A stretch of DNA of 32,602 nt from Candidatus Parcubacteria bacterium (GTDB lineage: Bacteria > Patescibacteriota > Patescibacteriia > Patescibacteriales > UBA12075). The notes under the pieces are model-generated. The model worked only from the letters and a program-made list of their open reading frames with translations. It did not search any database and had not been told where the DNA came from. This document shows, piece by piece, positions 26,176 through 32,602 of the stretch (positions are counted from its first letter, which is position 1; every line of letters begins with the position of its first letter). Position numbers and translations under genes: made by a program. The stretch lies in contig JAGLJW010000016.1 of the NCBI GenBank assembly GCA_023142215.1, forward strand, positions 1-32,602. Direction: 5' to 3'.

Positions 26176-29100
26176 ATGTCTATTAGAAAGAAACAAGTTA
26201 ATTTAACTACAAAATTAAAAGTTTACATTAACTGTGGTGGTAAGTGTGGTTTTCCAAACTGCAAAGAACATTTGGTTGAGGAAGATAGCATAGTAGGAGA
26301 TATAGCTCATATAAAAGCAAGAAGTGATGGAGGCCCAAGAGGTAATATTGATTTATCGGAAGAAAAAAGAAATTCACCAGATAATTTGATAGCCTTGTGC
26401 AAGAAGCATCACAAGATAATAGATGACCATCCAGATAAATATAGTGTCGAAGATATGGAAAAATGGAAGAATGATATAGAGGAATGGGCCATAAAATCAC
26501 CTGAAAAAACTGAGTTTGGTAAAAAACTAATATTAATAATGTTGTCTGAGTTGGAAAAAGAATTAGATAGAGGTAATGGAAAGTATGTACTTAAAACCAT
26601 TCAATCAATTAAGATTATCTCAGAAACTCTGGAGGATGATAGCGTTAATAGTGAGCTTGAAATATTAAAGGCAAGAGTCAAACAAAGTTTAGAAGACGTG
26701 AGTGAGGCCAAGAAACTATTAAAAAGCATTTCCAAACTTTATCCCAAAAATATTAAATCTATTCTTTATTTAGCTGAAATTTTTTTAAATGAGGGCGACT
26801 ACGATAAAAATGAAGAGTTATTAAAACAAGCTAAGAAGATAGATAAAAATCATTGGCTTTTTGTTATTGAACAATTGATTAGGAAGCTTCGTTTAAACCA
26901 AAGTATTGATACAACAAAAATTTATGAAAATGATTTTCCCAAAAATGAAAAACAAAAATCTATCTACTATCGTATTTATTCTCATTTTTATCAAAAAGAT
27001 AAAAATTATACAAAAGCTGATGAGTTTATAGAAAAATCAATTAAACTATATCCATGCTCATTTTCTAGCTTTAATACTAAGTTAGCTTTCAGTTTAGAGA
27101 GATTAGTTGAAAAAGGTTTTCCTCTTAAACATATAGAAAAGGCGGAGGAGATATTAAATCAAATTAATGAAATAGAAATAGAAAATAGTAATTGGGATGA
27201 TTTATATATTAGCAGTAAAACTATTTTAGAGTTTAGAAAGTTTTATATTTATGTAGTTCAGCAAAACTATAAAAAGATTATTTATGCTGGCAAAAAACTT
27301 GTTGACCTAATAATGCAATGCTCATTTGATTTAGATGTAGATAATTTTTTAAATTTACTTTTAACGCATTATCGTCCAGAAAAAGAAGATTTTGAGAAAA
27401 TTATTAAATACTTATCAGATAAAAACATCACTTATGATCTTGCAAAATCTTTGGCTTTTCAATTTTGTGAAAGGGGTAAATTATTTGCTGATGGCAAAAA
27501 GTTTTTATCTGCAAAGAATGAAAAAATTAAAGATTTAATTTTACACATAGAAGCAGGGAAGAAAAATGAAGTAATTGATTTTTTGAAAAAAGATTTACAG
27601 TTAATGTTAACGTTTGCAAATTGTTTAAAAGATAATCCTAGTTTGAGGAAAGATATAATTGACAATATACCAGACGATGACAACATCCAAAAAGAAAAAA
27701 TTTATCTATTATATTACTCTGATATAGAAGAATATAATAACGCCTTTAAAATCGTGCAAAACATAGAGTTTGAAAATGCAAATTATCTTGATTGCGAAAT
27801 ATCTTTAAAAGTGGTTCGAGAAAAACAAGCTTGGGAAATGGAGGTAAAAATTTTAGATAGATTATTCAAGTTAGAAAAAAATGAAAGAAAACAATTGACA
27901 TATAAGTTAGACCAATTTACTGCTTGTATGAAGATGGAAGATTATTTAGAGGTAATAAACATAGGCAAATATTTGTTAAGCAATCCCCAAACTTTTGAGT
28001 TAATAGATGAAAAGAATCAAGAACTATTGTTAGGACAAACAATAACCGCTTATTTACAAAGAAGCGAAGAAAAAGATGCCCTGAGGTTGTTTCAGAAATA
28101 TCCTAACATCATTAAAAGTTTTGAATTTGTTATTTCTGTAGAAGCTGAAGTTTATTTAAAAAATGAAGATTATAAAAAAGCATTATTGTCATTGTGTAAT
28201 GGAATTAAAAAAATCAGGAAGCCTACTAAAGAACAATACGGATATTTATTTTTTCAATTCGTCCAATTAAGCAATTCTGGTGTTGCTAAAATTGAAACAC
28301 TTGAAAAAATTACAAACAATTTTTTTGTAAAATTTAAAAACCAAGAGCAGTGGTATTATGTTGGTGATGAAGATGAGTTGGATGCTACTAAAATTAACTC
28401 CGCAAATAATAAATATAATTTGCTTATTGGTAAAAAGGTAAATGATAAAATAGAGTTTCCGGAGGATAAATATCAAACCAATAAAGAAGAAAGAAAGATT
28501 GAAAATATTTTAAATTTAGAGGCTTATATAAACTGGAAAGCTCACGATAGTTTTTTTAGTTTGTCAAAGCAAGGTAGGTGGGATATGGGAGTAGCAATTG
28601 AAGTGCCAAATGATGAAAATGGTGGTATAGATGTTAATAATGTAATAAATTTTATTAAAGACCAGCAAGAAAGAGGTAAAGAATTTTTTGGAGGCTATTG
28701 TTCGAATAATTACCCTTTTGCATTCTTGGCTTTAAGTGAGGGAGGGGTGACTAATGCAATTGGTAAAATCACAAAAGAAAATAAAGGGTTTATACGATTT
28801 TCTGATGGTTCAGTTCAGGATATAAATAAACAAGGGCAAGTAGCTGAAAAAATAATAGAGAATTCGGAAGTGTTTTTAGACGGCACAACAGCTCTCTTTT
28901 TAGCTGAAACAGGTTTATTGAAAAAAATAAAACCCTTCATTCCAAATTTAAAAGTGCCTCAATCGGTTATCACCTTTTTATTTAAAACTTTGGAGAAATT
29001 TAATATTACACCTGGACAGATTGGTCATATGGGATGTGTTGATGACAAATTAGTATCTGATAAGATTGATAAAGCAAAAAACGAAAGGATAAAAAACAAC

Positions 29101-29820
29101 TTTAAACAAAGTATAGAGATTTTAGAAAAAGACAAAAACAATATTTTCTCCATTTCTCAAGCAAATAAATCTGAACATTTTTCAGAAAGCAATATTGCTC
29201 CTGAATTAACAGACGCTTGTATTTTAGCACAAAAAAATAATGCCATTATAATAACCGAAGATTTCTTATATTTGCAAGCCAATAATTTGCAAACTAAAAA
29301 GGGCATACCAGAATATTGCTCACTATTTTCTATAGCCAAAAAGTTGCTTGAGAAGAATAAAATATCTTTTGATGACTACTTAAATATTTATTCCTATCTA
29401 TCTTCTTATAGATGCAGATTTTTAGATTTAAACGCAGACCTAATGATTAAATCTGTTTTTAGAGAAGTTGATAATATCAAATTTGAACCTCAAAAACTAC
29501 ACTATTTAAATCTTAATTTAACATTAACGGAAGAGTATGGGGTTAAACCAGAAAATGCCATAACTGTATTGAGTGAATTTATTTCAAGAATTATAGTGGC
29601 AAATATTGTCACCTTAGAAAATGTAAAAGAAATTTATGAGATTGTTTTGATTTCATCTTTATTTAAAGGGGAAAAGGATAATTGTTCAGCTTTATTAGAA
29701 AAATGTGAGAAGACGATAGTTGGATATTTTGAAAAGTATCATCTTTATTCTATTCCTGATTATACAAAAGAAAAAATTGCAGAATTGGAAAAACAACTAA
29801 ACGTACACACTATTTCGTAA
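26176..29820 (+). CDS. Large putative defence protein: HNH nuclease + TPR-like repeats + GreA/B-C-like + PIN-like domain
   Basis: CGGKCGFPNC...IAHI...GGPRG...NLIALCKKHHKIID; helical repeats; LLIGKKVNDKIEF; VFLDGTTAL...D..ILA....IITED. Confidence 0.7.
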   Translation: MSIRKKQVNLTTKLKVYINCGGKCGFPNCKEHLVEEDSIVGDIAHIKARSDGGPRGNIDLSEEKRNSPDNLIALCKKHHKIIDDHPDKYSVEDMEKWKNDIEEWAIKSPEKTEFGKKLILIMLSELEKELDRGNGKYVLKTIQSIKIISETLEDDSVNSELEILKARVKQSLEDVSEAKKLLKSISKLYPKNIKSILYLAEIFLNEGDYDKNEELLKQAKKIDKNHWLFVIEQLIRKLRLNQSIDTTKIYENDFPKNEKQKSIYYRIYSHFYQKDKNYTKADEFIEKSIKLYPCSFSSFNTKLAFSLERLVEKGFPLKHIEKAEEILNQINEIEIENSNWDDLYISSKTILEFRKFYIYVVQQNYKKIIYAGKKLVDLIMQCSFDLDVDNFLNLLLTHYRPEKEDFEKIIKYLSDKNITYDLAKSLAFQFCERGKLFADGKKFLSAKNEKIKDLILHIEAGKKNEVIDFLKKDLQLMLTFANCLKDNPSLRKDIIDNIPDDDNIQKEKIYLLYYSDIEEYNNAFKIVQNIEFENANYLDCEISLKVVREKQAWEMEVKILDRLFKLEKNERKQLTYKLDQFTACMKMEDYLEVINIGKYLLSNPQTFELIDEKNQELLLGQTITAYLQRSEEKDALRLFQKYPNIIKSFEFVISVEAEVYLKNEDYKKALLSLCNGIKKIRKPTKEQYGYLFFQFVQLSNSGVAKIETLEKITNNFFVKFKNQEQWYYVGDEDELDATKINSANNKYNLLIGKKVNDKIEFPEDKYQTNKEERKIENILNLEAYINWKAHDSFFSLSKQGRWDMGVAIEVPNDENGGIDVNNVINFIKDQQERGKEFFGGYCSNNYPFAFLALSEGGVTNAIGKITKENKGFIRFSDGSVQDINKQGQVAEKIIENSEVFLDGTTALFLAETGLLKKIKPFIPNLKVPQSVITFLFKTLEKFNITPGQIGHMGCVDDKLVSDKIDKAKNERIKNNFKQSIEILEKDKNNIFSISQANKSEHFSESNIAPELTDACILAQKNNAIIITEDFLYLQANNLQTKKGIPEYCSLFSIAKKLLEKNKISFDDYLNIYSYLSSYRCRFLDLNADLMIKSVFREVDNIKFEPQKLHYLNLNLTLTEEYGVKPENAITVLSEFISRIIVANIVTLENVKEIYEIVLISSLFKGEKDNCSALLEKCEKTIVGYFEKYHLYSIPDYTKEKIAELEKQLNVHTIS

Positions 29821-29875
29821 AATAAAAAAGAAATTATTTTTTAGTAAATACGATATGTCCCGTTACAAAATTAAG

Positions 29876-30115
29876 CTATTTCTGCTTTAATGAAAAATAA
29901 AAGAATTTTTCATCTTTTAACTCCATAGCTAATACATCTTCATAATCCGTATCTAGTAAATATTCATTCTCTTCTATAAAATTATCAAAAGCCTTTTTTT
30001 CATCTTCTCCGCTAGCAGTTCCAAGCACCTGTAAATTTTCAATATCAGGCATATTTGATTCGGTATTTGGTTGAAAAGTATAACCCTCTTGGGTTAAAAA
30101 AATAAAATGTCTCAT
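29876..30115 (-). CDS. Hypothetical acidic protein
   Basis: 79 aa (FIFLTQEGYTFQP...IENLQVLG); last gene of a tightly packed minus-strand operon. Confidence 0.7.
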   Translation of the reverse strand: MRHFIFLTQEGYTFQPNTESNMPDIENLQVLGTASGEDEKKAFDNFIEENEYLLDTDYEDVLAMELKDEKFFYFSLKQK

Positions 30116-30119
30116 AAAT

Positions 30120-30317
30120 TTAGTTTAGTTTATATCTTCCTCGAGAAACGAAACTTAAATAGCCTTTATCTTGAAGTAATTGTAATTGTTGTCTAATTTT
30201 ATCTTTAACGTGATTATTGTCAGGATGTTTTTTAACCCAATCTTCAGTTAAAACATGAATCTTTTGGGAGTTGCTTTTGTATTTATCTGCTATTTGGTTA
30301 TTTAAGTTTGTTTGCAT
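30120..30317 (-). pseudogene. Internally deleted DpnI / Dam-replacing family endonuclease
   Basis: N-terminal YKSNSQKI.VLTEDWV fused in frame to C-terminal HPDNNHVKDKIRQQLQ.L.DKG...F..RGRY. Confidence 0.8.
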
Positions 30318-30326
30318 AACTTGTTT

Positions 30327-30857
30327 TTATTTACCTTCCATTATCTGAAGAATATCATCTAATATTTTAATCGTTTTTCTTTTTTCTTCAAGCAACTCTT
30401 TCTTAAAAAGATTATTATATTCATAAGCTTCTTTTCTTTGCCTTTTATTTATATATTCAGACTCAAACATTTTTTTACATTCTGGAGAATCGTTGCTTAT
30501 TTTACTTGAGCCTAGAATAGATAAAAGTAAATGTTCAAGACAGGGAGTGTTTTCTATCAGCTCAATTTTCTTACTTCCAGCGATTTTTCTTGCTTCTTCA
30601 ATTTCGCCTTTTGGTTTGTCATTATCCAAAACAACAACTCTTCTATCAAATTCTCCTAACACTCTACTGGCATCAATTACAATATTAGCTGAATTTCCAC
30701 CCCTGCCTTTTCTAACAGTAATAGCTACGTTAGTATCACAACAGTATAACTTTTTTAAATGCTTTAAAAACATTTGCTCATTCATACCTTCGCCAAAAAT
30801 CAACAAAGTTTTATTTGCTTGGCGTCTTTTTCTTTTATATGGATTTGTTCTCGACAT
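30327..30857 (-). CDS. RloB-like (AbiLii-like) TOPRIM-related protein
   Basis: LIFGEG.NE..F, VVLDND, ENTPCLEHLLL. Confidence 0.8.
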   Translation of the reverse strand: MSRTNPYKRKRRQANKTLLIFGEGMNEQMFLKHLKKLYCCDTNVAITVRKGRGGNSANIVIDASRVLGEFDRRVVVLDNDKPKGEIEEARKIAGSKKIELIENTPCLEHLLLSILGSSKISNDSPECKKMFESEYINKRQRKEAYEYNNLFKKELLEEKRKTIKILDDILQIMEGK

Positions 30858-30860
30858 GTA

Positions 30861-32075
30861 TTATAGTTTAGGGACAGCACCGTAGGCACCAGCAATATAT
30901 TTTGAATAATAATTATCATCAGCGCGAACACCAGTAACATCATCAAGTCGCCAAGCTTCACTTTCACCTTTTTCATTTTTTTCAGTCAAAACAATTTGAT
31001 ATTTATCTAGCTTACTTAATATTTGATGACTATGACTACTAAAAAGCAATTGAGCATTTTTAGGATTAGTTTCTGGTTGCATAAATAAATCAAACAAAGC
31101 TAAAACTATTTCTGGATGCAAATTAACATCAAATTCATCTAATATTGCTGCTCCTCCGTTAGCCAAAACCAGCAAAATTGTTTTTAAGAGCACAAAAAGT
31201 TGTTTTGTTCCAGATGACTCATACTTTATTGGTATATATTTTTTTTCACCACCAAAAGTGTGTGCCACTCTAACATTGATACTTAGTCCGTTATCTTTTT
31301 TTTCTTTTTTTATTTCAAAAGAATCTAAACCAAGATCAAACTGTGATAAAAGCTTTTCGGCTTCAGCTTTAATGTGAGCATTCTTTTTCTCGCTAAAAAA
31401 ATCAAATGCTTCAATAAGTTGCTGATTAGCATTTGGAAGTAAATGGTTGCCAACCCAACCAGCTTCAATTACATTAGTTTCTATATTTTGCCAAAAATTA
31501 AATATTTCCAGACTTTTCTTGTGGTTAAATCGTGAAGCAACACTGATTATACTAGCATTAGAACGAAGAAGTTCTTCATATCCTTTTGGCAAATTAAACT
31601 TCTTGTCATCTAATTCGTACTTATTTTTTTCTTCATTCCATTTGCGAGAAAAAACTTTTTTAGTAGTTACTTTTTTAGTAGTTTTATTTTTTACTTTTAT
31701 TTCTTCTGCAATTATTTTCTTTTCATTTAAGATAAAAGTATAAACATAAATATTACCATTAATCTCAAAATCAACAGACAGTTCAGTGGATTTATTTTTA
31801 TTATTGCCAAATAAAAAAGGTTTTATTGGTAAAGGGGCATTAGGAGAGGCATTAAAAGAAGTAACTATTAACCATTTTAAAAATGGTAATATTTTTAATA
31901 GATTTGTTTTTCCAGATGCATTTGGTCCTATTACAGTTTCAATCTTTGAAAGATGAGCATCCGAGGTAGCCTGAAAATATCCATCGTTACTTGGCGCTTT
32001 ATCGTTTACTGTAAAATCTATTATAGTTAAATCTTTAAATGAATAAAAATTTTTACATGAAAATGAATGTATCAT
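30861..32075 (-). CDS. RloA-like (AbiLi-like) AAA_21 ABC-type ATPase
   Basis: KNFYSF, GPNASGKTN, ESSGTKQL, ILDEFDVNLHP, QLLFSSH, YIAGAYGAVP. Confidence 0.88.
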   Translation of the reverse strand: MIHSFSCKNFYSFKDLTIIDFTVNDKAPSNDGYFQATSDAHLSKIETVIGPNASGKTNLLKILPFLKWLIVTSFNASPNAPLPIKPFLFGNNKNKSTELSVDFEINGNIYVYTFILNEKKIIAEEIKVKNKTTKKVTTKKVFSRKWNEEKNKYELDDKKFNLPKGYEELLRSNASIISVASRFNHKKSLEIFNFWQNIETNVIEAGWVGNHLLPNANQQLIEAFDFFSEKKNAHIKAEAEKLLSQFDLGLDSFEIKKEKKDNGLSINVRVAHTFGGEKKYIPIKYESSGTKQLFVLLKTILLVLANGGAAILDEFDVNLHPEIVLALFDLFMQPETNPKNAQLLFSSHSHQILSKLDKYQIVLTEKNEKGESEAWRLDDVTGVRADDNYYSKYIAGAYGAVPKL

Positions 32076-32294
32076 ATGTTTAATAAATTAAGAAAATTTA
32101 TTATATATTTTGGTTATTAGGATTTTTGCAGTTAAATGCTTCATATTAGTTGAAATATTAATAGCAAGATTTATTATAAGTGTAACTTCTATGTTTAATG
32201 TTAGTGTAAAAATCCATAAAATATATCTTTGGATACCCAATAACCCAAATAGCCAAAATACACAATTATTATTTTTAAAATTAATTCTAGTTAT

Positions 32295-32323
32295 ATGGTA
32301 GCAAAAGTATATGTATATGTCAA
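32295..32323 (-). promoter_or_regulatory. Promoter ~220 bp upstream of the rloA-like gene
   Basis: TTGACA-N17-TACCAT with extended TG; perfect DnaA box at 32389..32397. Confidence 0.5.
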
Positions 32324-32459
32324 TAACCTACAAATATTTGTATGTTATTTGATTATAGGTACTATTTTTAATGTTTTATTGGTTGGTTTGTGGATAATTT
32401 ATATTAATGATAATTTGTTTGTTGTAATTACGAACAACACTATAATAGATTTATATAAA

Positions 32460-32491
32460 ATAAAAACAAAGACATAGGCCTTTGTTTTTAT
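32460..32491 (-). terminator. Terminator after tRNA-Asp
   Basis: ataaaaacaaag-acataggc-ctttgtttttat. Confidence 0.6.
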
Positions 32492-32500
32492 TAGTGTATG

Positions 32501-32574
32501 CGGAACGGACGGGACTCGAACCCGCGACCTCCTGCGTGACAGGCAGGCATTCTAACCAGCTGAACTACCGCTCC
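32501..32574 (-). tRNA. tRNA-Asp (GTC)
   Basis: GGAGCGGTAGTTCAGCTGGTTAGAATG-CCTGC-CTGTCAC-GCAGG...GGTTCGAGTCCCGTCCGTTCCG; CCA not encoded. Confidence 0.97.
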
Positions 32575-32602
32575 ATATTGTTTTTTTATTGTTAATAAAA
32601 AA

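Noticed and set aside
24471-29865. gtcccgtta at ~24472 and ~29857 as att sites or tRNA-Asp 3' duplicates
   Set aside because: Only 9 bp, and opposite in orientation to the tRNA match; not distinguishable from chance
197-31743. Numerous antisense or overlapping ORFs in the track (e.g. 197..472, 4667..4981, 25046..25345, 30493..30885, 31447..31743)
   Set aside because: Shadow frames of well-supported genes, with no recognisable motifs
32110-32477. Two ~60-aa plus-strand ORFs before tRNA-Asp
   Set aside because: Low-complexity AT-rich translations overlapping a minus-strand promoter and terminator

Overview
Very AT-rich bacterial chromosomal window containing the replication-origin region: yidC-yidD-rnpA-rpmH on the minus strand, a probable oriC, then dnaA-dnaN on the plus strand. 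The gene set and style (short YidC, bactofilin plus DAGK-like pair, long PBP1A, REP-like palindromes) suggest a Patescibacteria/CPR, Parcubacteria-like genome; this is an inference. Left of the origin are housekeeping and membrane genes (MazG-like, YibE/F, spermidine-synthase fusion, thioredoxin-CcdA-like, Ig-repeat surface protein, YraN, methyltransferase, rnhB, trxB), tRNA-Ala(GGC), tRNA-Arg(CCT), two parS-like sites and a dense cluster of palindromic repeats. Right of the origin are PBP1A, an AbrB/RelE toxin-antitoxin pair and galT, followed by an accessory/defence region of about 9.5 kb ending at tRNA-Asp(GTC). That region holds two copies of a ~156-nt rod-like hairpin, each with its own promoter and terminator (candidate undescribed ncRNA), flanking a Zn-PLC-like gene. 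It also holds a class II Fic gene co-oriented with a 1214-aa HNH-TPR-GreAB-like-PIN protein, and an RloA/RloB (AbiL-like) operon with an internally deleted DpnI remnant. All calls are by eye from motifs; no searches or folding programs were run.
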